NCBI RefSeq assembly: GCF_006345805.1
Contig: NC_043000.1
Span: 135,284,001-135,348,000 of the forward strand
DNA: 64,000 nt
Direction of reading: 5' to 3'
Source of the DNA: Octopus sinensis
Lineage: Eukaryota
Shown here: one piece after another, positions 1-12,780 of the stretch
Numbering within the stretch: position 1 is the stretch's first letter
How the letters are laid out: each line of letters starts with the position of its first letter
Translations under genes and position numbers: made by a program
The notes under the pieces: model-generated
Told to the model about the DNA's origin: nothing
The model's input: only the letters and a program-made list of their open reading frames with translations
Database searches by the model: none

Positions 1-1442
1 TCTTCAAGCATTGGTACGAGAGTTACTGTGTCAAATACTTATATTAACTGTGATATATAACTTGGCATTTACTTGTGTTAAATTTTATTATTAATATTAT
101 ATAAATAGATTTCAATCTTGAGTTGTTATTGTTACAGAACAGCTCCCATCAACTTGGCCCTGAAAAGGCATAAAAATTAAATGCGACTTTTCTTTCCAAT
201 TATATTGAAACTGAAGCTGTAACAGTTAAGAATTCCTGTTTCATTCTTTAAGAGTTTCGAGACAATATTTTGTAAAGTAAGCTTTGTTCAGGCCTGTCAC
301 TTATAGCTTGAAAATTAATGTATCATTTCTTGACTCATCGGAAACAGTCAGTAATAAAATTCGAAGTCATATATTTCGCTCACAGGTACTATAAATTCCT
401 CAGAACTCTGAAAATTGCCGTTTCTAGTTGCTTTCCCCACATTTTATTTTTTGTTTTGCAGGGAGCTAATCTCTCAATGCGCACGCGCACTATCCTGTTT
501 GTACAACACACAAGAGTGGAGGTTTCTCCCGTGGTGTAAGCAGACAAAAGAGCGCGTGTTTTTTCTAGCACTCCTGCAAACGTCTGATGTTTCTGAGCTA
601 CAGAACCTACCATCGTATCTTTTTACTAAAGGCAGTGGGTTTGTCTGTTAAAATATTTACACAAGCTTCAGGATACATGATTTGAGGGACATTTGGGTGA
701 TTCATACCGAAAATATAGAAACAGCTCGTCTTCTTTCCGCTGCCTCTCCCTTCTCTCTCTATCGCCCGCCCCACATTTCATTTTATTTATTATTATTTTA
801 CTTTTGACTTTTAAGGTTTCCTAATTCACAAAACAGCCTGTTCGAAACTTGAAATATCTTTAGTGTCACTAAGATGTTTTTCTTTTCGTTTGATTTCCTC
901 TTAGTTTTCAAAAGTTTTTTTACTTTCGCTACTTTTTTCGTCTTCTTTTTAATGAACCCGAAACAAGTAAACAAAGGATAGGGAAGTGAAATGTTATTAA
1001 AGAGTTATAGTTTATTGGACCCACGAATATTTATGGCTGCACTTATTTTTATATTTTTCAAATTGCTGGAGGTGTTGTTGATTTATTATTAGGATCAACC
1101 TAGAAACCTTTTGAACGTTCTCATTTTTACACTATTTGTATTACTAGTATTTCATCGTGTAAAGTACAAGGAGTGTATGATAAAGCAACAAATACTATAG
1201 CAAATATTTCTACCAAAAATATTACTGCTTTCATACGAAAGAGGGGAAATGTGTCAGTGTTTGCAGAAAATATATTTACATTATGCAAGGTCATTGCCAA
1301 AGAGAGTAACATTTGTCTTTATTCAAAATGAAGAATTATTTCTAAATATTTACTCATATTTCCATTTTCTCTGCTCGGTCTGTTAATCTATTATTGACAC
1401 TTTAAAAATATATAAATTATGTACTTTTTTTTATTCTTTCAG

Positions 1443-1618
1443 ACGATGCAGCATCAGATTCATTCAAATTAAACTTCAATGTGAAACCTAGAAAAGAGAG
1501 GACAGCTTTTACGAAAAATCAAATACGCGAATTAGAAAATGAATTTTCACGACAAAATTATTTGACCAGATTAAGACGTTATGAAATTGCTGTGTCTTTG
1601 AGTCTAACAGAAAGACAG
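1443..1618 (+). CDS. Mox: Mox/Meox homeobox gene, exon with homeodomain residues 1-44 (upstream exon(s) not identified in window)
   Basis: Acceptor ttttttttattctttcag ends 1442. Translation [58 protein letters not shown]; [11 protein letters not shown] and [13 protein letters not shown] are Mox/Meox signatures. Donor CAG|gtaaga at 1619. Confidence 0.95.
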
Positions 1619-2294
1619 GTAAGAAGAATTCTTTGGCGTACGCATAGATACACAAACGCAGGGTGGTATTGTAAAATCCCTGTTTAACTACGATGAATTC
1701 AAGAAAAACATGATACCGATTTTTTTTTTTTAGAGTTTAACAAATGAAATTACCAATTTAGCTTATTTAGAAAATTTTTATTAAGTGACGGCAAACATAA
1801 CTTAACAATATAAAAGCATTATTGAAAAATTTTCAGCCCACAATAAAAAAAAAATCCTTGTGTATGAATTATATATTTCAGTGACTTTGACGAATCGTAT
1901 CTTCCACACGCTCATAAATAACCCTATATAACTGTTTGAGCATATTAATATCCACTCGTTGTATTTCAAAGGAAATTACTAATGAAAAAATAAATAGTTG
2001 AGCGAAATCGTAGTCGTGGCCGTTGACAGTGCCGCCGGACTGACACCTGTGCCAGTGCCGCCTGATTGGCACGTAAAAATTATCATTCGAGCGTGACTTA
2101 TGCCAGTGCCGCCTGACTGGCACCCATGCCGGTGGACGTAATATATAAACAATTTTTGAGCATTACTTATTAAAAAAAACACCTTTTTTAACTGTAACCC
2201 CACTTCAAACATGAATGAATCCCTTTTATCCTCTTGTTCTGTTATGTTCCCTCTCCCAGACCTCATTCTAATCACTATGTTTACTTTTTTCCCC

Positions 2295-2542
2295 TGGCAC
2301 TTGTGCCGGTGACATGTGTAAAAACATTCGAGCGAGGTTGTTGCCAGTACCGCCTGACTGGCATGGGGGCCAGTCAGGCGTCAGTGGTTGACGTTAGGAA
2401 GGACATCCAGCTGTAGAAACTCTGCCAGATCAAGACTAGAGCCTGGTGCAGCCATCTGGTTCGCCAGCCCTCAGTCAAATCGTCCAATCATGCTAGCATT
2501 GAAAGCGGACGTTAAACGATGATGATGATGATGATGATGATG
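2295..2542 (+). mobile_element. Retroposon fragment with (GAT)n tail (RTE-type tail); related pieces at 2008-2140 and 7459-7830
   Basis: Internal gccagtgccgcctgactggcac repeats and gttaggaagg(g)catccagctgtagaaac; ends ggacgttaaacgatgatgat. Same motifs recur at 7459-7830 in both orientations. Confidence 0.6.
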
Positions 2543-2962
2543 AACATCAGCCCTCCAGGATTTTTACTGCAAGTGCAGACTCGTAATAGCTTAAACGGAG
2601 CGTTGATGTGATCAGAATTGCCGAGGTGGAGGTGGTGGAGACACTACACTGGCCATGGGCACGGTCCTTTCGAGACCCAGCGTGTAAAGCAAGAAAACAC
2701 GAATAGAGTATTCGGTTTCTGGAGTTGAAATATTTGTACTAACAGTTTGATTCGATCATTATTTGAAGATTCATAGATGTTGCGAGCACGCCTGATCGCT
2801 CAACGCTTACATCTGAGAGTCAAATTTACTGAGATGATATCTAAATTTGAAAGGGAGCTTTTACGTTTTCACTGATTAATAGTGACAAAGTTGTTAAGTG
2901 ACAACAGCAACATCATATTAAAATAAAGCCTTCTTAATTGAATTGTAAAAGAAACGTTTTTA

Positions 2963-3003
<41 letters not shown>

Positions 3004-3606
3004 TGTGTGTGTGAACTTGGGTGTAATCTACTGGCTACACCTCTCTTGTTTCCTGCACTTAACATCTCGTCCATGAGAAGTTCGGTGAAAACAACGCTGC
3101 ATATATTCTGCATTGCCTTCGACGGTGTCTTACTCGAGAACTATAAAACTAAATTACCCCCAAAGCATTCTATCAGTCTCCCCCTTTTTAAAGGTCTCTT
3201 TTCTGTTTGAATAAATTTAGAAGCAAGGCCAACAGCAAATCTTTAAACTGGTCTGCCTACCTAGAAAAACATTTGTGTCTCCCAGTAATATAGGGATCTT
3301 TCATCAATTTCATCGATGAGAGGCGCAGTTGTTCGATCATTTGACCTGTCTACCCATTAAATTATATTCACTGAGATGTGGACCCTCAACGTAATTCATA
3401 TGCAGAAATAACCCTTTGAATTACAAATCTATACCATTCGATAGGCTCGTAAACTTTCTATCGACTCAGTTTCACTCCCATAGCTTGGGTCAACTCAAGA
3501 TTTTGTTCCTTTGAATCCTTCCTCTAAAATTTGATACCTTTTCATTTTCCTCTGTCTACCCTTCTTCCAACTTCACTCGAATCTTAAATGTGTCAATTCA
3601 CATTTA

Positions 3607-3656
<50 letters not shown>

Positions 3657-4421
3657 TCTGTCTAATGAAAGAGCTCTACTTAAAACTGCACACCTCCCGG
3701 CATAAAATTCATTCCACTATTTGTACTACTTTTTGCCGAAGAAAAGTATCACTAGTTTCTTCCGATTCTACAAATCTGCTATAGCAACAGACACAAAAAG
3801 TACATTGGGATTCAACCTAAGATCTCATGACTCTGAAGCAAATTTCATAACCACTTGGATTTGCATCTGCGGCGTGTGTGTTTGTAAACATATAATGTAG
3901 CCGTTCGGAACAAGCGAAGATAAGGACTTGATGCGTTTTGATTGATTAAATCCTTCAAGGTGGCTGGTACTCAAGTATGATTGCATTCTATGCACACACA
4001 TACACACACAAGACGGCTTTCTGTGCAGTTCTCGTGTATCAAATCAGCCCATAAGGAATTGTTCCACCCTGGGCCATCTTGGAAGATATTTACCCGAGAT
4101 GTTGCGCAGTGGGACGGAAGTAAAAACAATGTACCATGCGCATGTCGTGTGTGTGTGTGTGTGTGTGTGCACACGTGCATGCGTGCGTGTGTTTATGTGT
4201 ATTTACATTGTATAGAACACACAAAATTCACGTGATTTGCTACATTTACATAATTAATATAACATAAACGATTCATTCACCTACTTTTTCGTTGAAATTT
4301 ACTATACATCGTTCTGTTTGTTTAATACTTCATACGTATTTCCCTTACCTGGCATTTTATATTTCTGAAATTTTGCTGTTTGTTACTCTGTATAAATAGC
4401 TAACTGGTCGTTCTTGCTTCC

Positions 4422-4557
4422 TAACATCAGGATAGCCCAGTTAAGGCTGATCTAATAACATCAGGATAGCCCAGTTAAGGCTGATCTAATAACATCAGGA
4501 TAGCCCAGTTAAGGCTGATCTAATAACATTAGGATAGCCCAGTTAAGGCTGATCTAA
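4422..4557. repeat. 34-bp minisatellite, 4 copies
   Basis: taacatcaggatagcccagttaaggctgatctaa at 4422, 4456, 4490, 4524; no spacers. Confidence 0.95.
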
Positions 4558-4613
4558 CCATGAACATCACTTTTATTTAGGGTTATCTATGTTGCTGTCT
4601 TAATACTATAGGA

Positions 4614-4850
4614 AATATATTTCTTTACTACCCACAAGGGGCTAAACACAGAGAGGACAAACAAGGACAGACAAATGGATTAAGTGGATCATATTGATCC
4701 TCAGTGCGTAACTGGTACTTAATTTTATTGACTCCGAAAGGATGAAAGGCAAAGTCGACCTCGGCGGAATTTGAACTCAGAACGTAACGGCAGACGAAAT
4801 ACCGCAAAGCATTTCGCCCGGCGTGCTAACGTTTCTGCCAGCTCGCCGCC
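4614..4850 (-). mobile_element. SINE family A (head ggcggcgagctggcagaa, body gccgaggtcgactttgcctttcatcctttcggggtcga), full length
   Basis: Multi-copy in window; B-box-like gagttcaaattcc; 14-bp TSD ttaatactatagga at 4600-4613 and 4851-4864. Confidence 0.9.
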
Positions 4851-5822
4851 TTAATACTATAGGATATAATTCAAGTAAATTCGGCTGTTGTTTCTAGCAG
4901 GTTAGAAGCGACTAATTACCTTTGATTACTAATAAGTTAGTTAACGAGATCGACGACAGAAAGGATTGTAAAGTGCTTTGCTACTTTCGCGAACAGTCTT
5001 TGAAAGCAGGTTTCAAGAAGCAACTTTTCCAGTAATCCATCCTTTAAACCACTCAGAACACCGCTCCTCCTTCAATCTGTTGATAAATAACCGAAAAAAA
5101 TGTTATATTTTGGATATTATAAATATTTACAGTCTGTATAATAATGTAGGGCATATTTTTAGCGTAAAACATTGCTTCAGTTCCATCACTAAAAAAGCAA
5201 AAAAAAAAGAAGAAAAGAACATGATAGAAAGAAAGAAGAAAAAAAGGAATGAAAAGAAAACACCCGAGACTGGGTTAAAGAAATTTGTTTTGAGATTGTT
5301 CAAGACTAATGTTTTCCTCATGATTTTCGTATATATCTACTTCTGGAACCGAATCAGCAGACGGTTACAGAACGGCGTATCTTATTTCTCAGCATCGTCT
5401 TAATTATTCTAAAACCGAGAAACATGAAGGCGTCAAGAGTCTCTGAAAATGCACTTCAGGTGTTTTACGCTTCACTAAGCCCCGAACATATAATATTTGG
5501 GTCCGGCTTTTCAATTAAAGTTCTTTTTGTTGTATTCCAACAACGTACAGTTGCAATATTGTAGACCATACATTCTTTCAGCATCGTTGGATTTCTCAAA
5601 TGGCAATTTTGAAGTTAAATATTTGAATGTCTTGCACAACGGAAAATGGTTGTAATGGCTTTCGTTTCATGTTCGTCATTTTATATTTTAAGTGCTGATC
5701 AATGCAGGGTTATTTAACAAGTAAAGGTGTAATTTATATATAGGACTTTTGTCGAGTATCTTGCTACTCTTGAGTTTCACTTGTGTTTACAAAGTCATCA
5801 GGCAAGTGTGTGTGTATGTATG

Positions 5823-5868
<46 letters not shown>

Positions 5869-5916
5869 CATACATACATGTATGTATGTATGTATGTATG
5901 TATGTATGTATGTATA

Positions 5917-6108
5917 GGGAGAATTCACGAAAAAAAAAGATAAAAGACGAAGACAGGTGGTGTAGAAAACAAACAGATGTATTAGTATAATGCTCAGGAA
6001 TTGAAAAAGTCTTTTACGTTTCGAGCCTACGCTCTTCCACAGAGAGGACTACAGAAAGAAACAAGGAGAGAAAAAAATATGTTTAGCGGCTACCGATCTA
6101 TCATGGCG
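5917..6108 (-). mobile_element. Microsatellite-embedded mini-element with hammerhead-like motif (PLE pseudo-LTR type)
   Basis: Minus strand 6046-6011: ctct-CTGTGGA-a-gagc-gtag-gctc-GAAAC-GTA-aaag. Flanked by (TATG)n/(TA)n; homologous to 45355-45520 and 54901-55059. Confidence 0.65.
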
Positions 6109-6896
6109 ATATATATATATATATATATATAATGGAGCTAAATAATTAAAAATCCTATGCTCAAGGTATGAAATATGAATTTCTACTCGAGTATTAAATG
6201 AGCATTTATTACATGAATAGAGATTTCCTATGGAATACCTATTTAGATTTGTATAAAGGATTTAAGATAAGGTGGCACCTATGGAAACTACTCTCTAGTA
6301 ACATCATTGCTTTTATCATTCGGTGGATGAGCTAGAAAATTTGTATTCGTTGGGTAAAATTAACGATTATTAATATCAACCATTCAATGGGGGGGAAAAT
6401 GTCGGGTTGGCATCAATAGTTTACACGTGGGTATTTTAAATAGACAGACAGATAGAATATTCACACATGTAAAATTTAGATATACTAGTCGACAGTTATG
6501 AACAGCTCAGCGTAGGACAAAAATCAACTTGCGATATAATAAACATATCTATTCACTCTACCCAATATACTGAGTTCTATATCAGGTGATGTTTGAACTA
6601 TGTGAAGTAAATTTTAATATATTTTACAGCTCTTAAGGTGGCAAGCTGGCAGAATCGCTAGCACGCCGGGTAAAATGCTTAGCGGCATTTCGCCCGTCTT
6701 TACATACGCATACGTGTATTGAACCATTTTGGTTTTTCCTTTGCATGCAGCCAGTGTTGTATATTCATATAGCGCAACAGACAACAATCTAAAACTCAAC
6801 AGCAAATTTTTGTGATGATGATGATGATGATTTTATCTAAAACAAGAAATAATTTAGTACATTTACTAAAGTTGCTTCTTTTTGTTTCTGTTACAG

Positions 6897-7022
6897 GTCA
6901 AAGTGTGGTTTCAAAATCGTCGAATGAAATGGAAAAGAGTGAAAGGAACAAAACTAGTAAAAGACAAAGTTGATGGTCAAATCAAACCAATAATGGCGCC
7001 TTCGATCACATCGACGAGTTAA
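6897..7022 (+). CDS. Mox: Mox/Meox homeobox gene, terminal coding exon (helix 3 plus short C-terminus)
   Basis: Acceptor tttttgtttctgttacag ends 6896. Phase-0 join gives VKVWFQNRRMKWKRVKGTKLVKDKVDGQIKPIMAPSITSTS* (TAA 7020-7022). WFQNRRMKWKRVKG is Mox-typical. Too short for the ORF track. Confidence 0.95.
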   Translation, partial: VKVWFQNRRMKWKRVKGTKLVKDKVDGQIKPIMAPSITSTS

Positions 7023-7352
7023 TTTTATTAAAAAAAAAAAGATAAATTCAAAGACTTACCGAGGTTTAATCAAAGAGACAAAAATTTAAATGCATATTTC
7101 CGAGCAAAGAAAAATGCAACAGATTTCCCAAATGAACAGAATGTGCATATATACATCCTTGTATGTAGAGATTATGTATGACTAAATGTGTATGAGTGTG
7201 CGTAAGTTAAAGGCTGCAGTTACTTAAGCTTGGTATATGTGCCAAAGGAGTCACGGTAGGGAAATACTTTGGCAATTTTCAAGAGCCATGGATATGATTT
7301 TTTTTTTTACTTTTACTTTTTTACAAACATTTTACCTATTTTCTCAATATAA

Positions 7353-7366
7353 AATAAAAGATTAAA
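7353..7366 (+). promoter_or_regulatory. Candidate Mox polyadenylation signals (AATAAA 7353-7358, ATTAAA 7361-7366)
   Basis: About 330 nt after the stop, followed by a T-rich tract (7376-7410) and then repeats. Confidence 0.5.
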
Positions 7367-9129
7367 ACAACGCAATTGTTTCTTTCTCCATTCTTTTCTT
7401 ACCTTTCGTGACTTTAAAAAAGAAAAGTCAGAAACTGGAAAACTAATTAAAAGTATGTATCATCATCATCATTCCAAGCTGGCATGGGTTGGACGGTTTG
7501 ACTGAAAACTGGTAAGCTGGGGAACTGCACCAGGTTCCAATCTGTTTTGGTATGGCAGTGCCGCCGGACTGACACCTGTGCCAGTGCCGCCTGATTGGCA
7601 CTTGTGCCGGTGGCACGTAAAAAGTATCATTCGAGCGTGACTTATGCCAGTGCCGCCTGACTGGCACCCATACCGGTGGACGTAAAAAGCACCTACCTCA
7701 CTCTCGGAGTGGTCGGCGTTAGGAAAGGCATCCAGCTATAGAAACCTTCCTAACGCCAACCACTCCAAGGGTGTAATGGGTGCTTTTTACGAGCCAGTTA
7801 TGCGACACTGGCATCGGCCACGGCTACGATCTTTGAAGAAATCTCCAAGCATGCGGACACGTGTTTATCAACTCATGTTATTTAGAAAAATAATATTAAG
7901 TAGGTGAAATAAACAGCAGAGATGCTTTGTCCCATGTAGAAACTGCGGGAGCTACTCAGAGGTTTGGCAAGATCTATTTAAATGTATTGCAAAGCTGGAA
8001 ACCCTTCCGTATCGTCAGCAGGTATCTCAGGCTCGCAAGCATTTCGCCCCTTAGCCTGTACACTTCGCCTGAATGGAGAAGCAGTGAGGGCTGAATAAGT
8101 CTTCAAAAGGTTCCACTTGCGGTCTCTTATCATCCATAACTATCTTAAGCTATTGTCATCTGTTATGCTCATCTCCTTGATGACTTTCTTCAGTTGTTTG
8201 GGTTTTAGACCTATCTTCTACAGGAAATAATGCACCGATCTAGCTGGAAAGCCGCAGTGAGAAATGTCTCTAGACTGAATAAATCTCGGAAATTATGGGA
8301 CAGTGAACTGATTTGCTACAAAGCAATCAGATGGGCAGAAATATTCTTTCGACTTATTCATGAAAAACAGTTACCCTGTTTGATGTTGATGCTTTTTTGC
8401 TGGGTTATATATATATATAATTTATTTCAATTTATTGAGTAACTTGCATGCCATTTCTTTCTCAGTTACACGTTGGTGAAAGATGATTATTTGATCCTTT
8501 TAGTAGTCTTCTACTTGGTGTGAGATGATAGTTACTAAAGTTGGCAAGCTGTATCAGTCCTTGCCTTTACTTTAGACAGCGCCAATGGCGTGGACAGTAT
8601 CGGCAACTGCTGGTCTTCCATTAAAAAAAAATTGACATGGCTCGTGTTTTAGAGAGGAACTTTCCAGGCAGAAGCCCATTTGCTAAGAAGAGATACGGAG
8701 GCATTATGCCATCAAGTATGGTGACGTAGTCATTTATGTTTATAAGAGCATATGCTATGCGTGTGTGTGTTAAGTAATTTGGACAAGTGACAGTGACATC
8801 AATATCATAGATGGTAACGTTAGTGGACATGCTGAGAACATCCTGATGTTCATTTCGGTAAGCATGGTGACTAAGGTTATGATACACGGAAGGAACAAAG
8901 ATCGAGGCTTTAAACGTCAGTGATGCAAACCGTCCTACTTGAGAGATTAGTGATTAACCATCAGAATGAAGACACGTAACAATGTGAAAAGTGATCGTAC
9001 GAAGGGTCTCTCAGCCAGCTGTAAGTAAAAAATAATACTAAATAACGCTTATGTCGACAAAGAGACTTATAGCATTAGCAACTCTCAGAGTTACAACGAA
9101 ACAACCTGCAACGGAGCACAGGACACATC

Positions 9130-9860
9130 TGCAATGGAGTAACCAAGGTAACGTATCAGTGTAATGGTACAGTTGATAGTCATAAACTCTAAGAGACAGG
9201 TCATCAAAGTATGGAAGAAAAGGAGTGATTCAGGGATTAATACTATGTAATAAGCCCGATAGCAAGTATACTTAGCAAGGGAAATAAGATGCTTGCTAGC
9301 TTTTTCGTTCATTCGAAAAGCAATGCATCAATGGGAATCTGGATGTCGTTAGTAAAAAGTGCATGCGTAGTGATAGTGGTTCACTGATACTGAGGCATTG
9401 GCAAGCTGCTATGAAACATTGCGAGAAGTGTGTGTATGTAAATGAGTGAAAATGAACTCCATGTAACTCCAAAAACGCTAAGATGTTCGTACAAAGAAGC
9501 AACTACAGAGTTAGCAGCCTGATTGAACAAGCTATCAGAGTAACTGAAGAATTATAGGAAAAATAGGTTGAAGGAAAACTAGATTAGAAAAAAACGCTCT
9601 CCACATTTCTGCCCGGATGGGGCACTTTTGATAACCATTTCCTAGTGAAACATGGAAGTTTTTAGGTATAAACAACACCAATATATTTAGCTCTTGTTGA
9701 TATTGAGAAGGTTATTGGTAGGGTACCATACTTTGTGGTTTGGTGATCTCTTTTGAAAGCTATGTAAACTATGTATCAAGATGAATCTAGGTTGCTTGTC
9801 GGGACTCATTTCTAAGCTTCCGCCTGTTTCTTATACTTATTCAGGTCATAACAGAGAAGT
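9130..9860 (+). pseudogene. Highly decayed non-LTR (RTE-like) reverse transcriptase fragment
   Basis: Residual motif ALVDIEKVIGRVPYFVVW (cf. AFVDLEKAFDRVP..VW) near 9690-9745, plus DVVSKKCMRSDSG upstream; many stops and frameshifts. Confidence 0.5.
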
Positions 9861-10899
9861 TTAAAGATCACTCTGAAATGAAATTATTTTCCCTTCCAGA
9901 AAGAATAGCCAATCGCTTCGTGGCAGGTTGGTAATTATCATGTTTAGATAAGCTCAAGATTTCTCCAAAATTTTCATGCGGTTAAAGTAAATAGTCTGAT
10001 TTCTGAAGACATGAGGAAATCTGCAGACACATATTTCTGCCTCAGTAGCTGTCATCAGCAAAGCAACTGTCGAGCCTTATCTTCAGGAGAAGAAACAGAC
10101 TTAAGAAAAGATCTGGAACAAATTTGGGGCCTGGGTTATTTGCATAAATGAAGCGAAAATGAGCTAAGGGAAGTAACACGGAGTGTCCAGTGGCGTGTAT
10201 TTGAACAACACATTTGAATAAGATTAAATTGAATGATATACAAGGTAAAGTTATGACGTACTGAAGTTATCTCCACATACAGAGAGAGTAAATCAATCAC
10301 TCGGAGGCAATTGGTAACAACTCCAAATGAAAAAGGGAGATAATCTCAATTAACATGCTATTTGAAAAGTCTGTCCACTGATCAATCTGAGTTATTTCTA
10401 TCAGATCATTTCTGTTGTTTGTGTGTGCGTGTGTAAGCGAGCGCGAATTCTGCATGAATGTATGTAAGCTGAAATCTGTGAGACATAGCATTGGATGTTT
10501 AGAAGCCATGTGCGAGATAAATGCACCGGCTTTCGCGAAACGATACCTTTCATACTGCCTTTCATGCTACAATAAATTTTATCTTAATCTTAGTATTGAG
10601 TCACCCCATATCCTGTGAATTTTCTTAAACTAGCTTTAAATTAATGGGTTTATATTTTGGTACAACGGTAGTACATTCAAGGGAAGGGTAAATGGATTAC
10701 ATCGACCTAAGTGTTCAATTGGTACTTATTTTACCGATCCTGAAAGGATGAAAAGCAAAGCTGACTTCGGCGAAATTTGAACCCAGAACGTAAAAATCAG
10801 GAAGAAATGCCACTAAGCATTTTGTCCAAATCACTAATGATTCTACAAGTTCATCCCTTAATTTAACGCTTAAATTGTGTGTGTGGTTACATATCTATA

Positions 10900-12566
10900 C
10901 CATGTTTTCCCCGAAAATAAGCCCTACCATAATTTTTCAGCATGTTTTTAATATAAACCCTACCCCGAATATAAGACCTAGTCAAAATGTATCAGCTTCT
11001 TAGCAAGACCGTGTGATGTTTGTAAAATAAATCAACTACCGCAGCTTGGCTAAAGTCCGCGCTAAGCGCGCATGCACGGAGTTGACTCCCTTGTCTTCCA
11101 GGAAAGATGAGTGCAAAAAGAAAGAGTTATTCCGTGGAGTACAAGAAAGGAATTGTGGAAGAGTTACTTAACAAGAATCTTACGGCTTTCTGTAAGATGG
11201 ATCGCCAAATGGTTCGAAAATGGCGAGCAGAGTACAATAATCTCAGCAGACTGGTGGATGAGGGAAGTGCAAGTGTGGACCAGGTCGACAACCGTTACTT
11301 TTGGAGCTGGAAGATATCACCTCGGAATAGATTACTAACAGACAAACAAAGGTTTTGGTTGTACGCAGAGCTGGTATTCAAGAATTTGCTCCTGCAATGA
11401 CACTACAGTTGGATATACCCCCAAACATAGTCAAAGCATCGCCTCATTGGTTGGATAACTTTCTTCGACGATATGAGCTCTCTCTAAGAAGATCGATAAT
11501 ACTGTTCAAACTGGAGGATGCTGAAGTGATTCAACGTGCACTTGCATTCATGTCCTTCATTGATGGTATCGACTTTTCTAGATACAATCTCACCAATATA
11601 AATGCTGCAGATGAGACTACAATATTTATGGGCCAAGGATCTAAAACGACAATTGAACAGACAGGTGCCTCGCTAATCTAAGATGCCTCAACGGGTTACG
11701 AAAGTGCAAGAGTTACTTGTATTTTATTAATTCTTCTTGATGGAACAAAAGTCCCACAGCTTATCACAAAGGGCATAAAAACTAAAACAGAACGAGTTTT
11801 GGGCATTTATATCGTTGAAACGGAAAAGGCTTGGTGCACACAAGCTGTTATAAGAAAATGGGTTTGATTTAACTATGCCACTTGTTTTACGTAGTTCTCA
11901 AGAGGTCTTTTCGTCTGGGACTCGACCAGTGCTTATCGCGTAAAAGATATGAAAACCTTCCTTTCTGAAAGAAGAATTGACCACATAATGATTCCCGCAG
12001 GAATGACTTCATATCTACTAACATTAGATCTCGTAATAAACAAGACCTTCAAGGATTATTTTCGGATGGAAGTGAATGAATATATCGAACATAGAATGGA
12101 GAGAAATCAGCGTGGAAACTTTGTCAAACCCAACCTCCAAGAGGTCGTGAACTGGGTGAAGAATGCATGGAATAAAATTACCGACAGTTGCGTTGCCAAT
12201 GCATTACGAGCAGGGTACTTCGTTTAAGGAAAGTTATATTGCCAAATATGTGAGATTGAGGTCTATGATTCTACAGGAATTTTGCAAGAAATTCAGTCTG
12301 AAGTTCGGGGTTTGATGATTTGTAATGATGTTCCAGAAGAGGACGAAATGGTTATACTTGACTAAAAACACAAACAAATAAACTTTTGATAACTAAAAAC
12401 ATGAGTTTCCTTTTTACAATTTTTTTCTTTTTACACGAGGACATGAGACTTTTTTGTCTTGGGTTTTTTCCGCAAATATATAAGACATCTCTCGAAAATA
12501 AGCCCTAGTGTATTTTTTGGATGTAGAATTGATATAAGACAGGGTCTTATTTTCGGGGAAACACGG
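10900..12566 (+). mobile_element. pogo-family DNA transposon (POGK/Tc2-like), full length but disrupted
   Basis: TIRs ccatgttttccccgaaaataag / cttattttcggggaaacacgg with TA on both sides. Broken transposase 11107-12360: MSAKRKSYSVEYK, KASPHWLDNFLRRYELSLRR (CENP-B-type HTH), NAADET, VWDS, IPAGMTSYLLTLDLVINKTFK (DDE_1-type). Confidence 0.9.
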
Positions 12567-12694
12567 TACGTATATGTCTATTTATGTATGAAGAAACGCC
12601 GCAAAGCATTTAATCCAAAGCGCTAGCGATTCTAGCAGCTCATCCCTAAATTCAACATTCAAATTGTGTGGTTACATATTCATACGTATATGTT

Positions 12695-12776
<82 letters not shown>

Positions 12777-12780
<4 letters not shown>

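Noticed and set aside
462-535. Possible extra Mox exon (ttttgcag ... ggt|gtaagc)
   Set aside because: 74 nt, no Mox-like peptide; splice-like signals alone are insufficient.
1619-1687. ORF-track continuation VRRILWRTH...
   Set aside because: Intron read-through; the real helix 3 begins at 6897.
4422-4557. CRISPR-like 34-bp repeats; also the 49211-50006 array
   Set aside because: No unique spacers, no cas genes, eukaryotic context.
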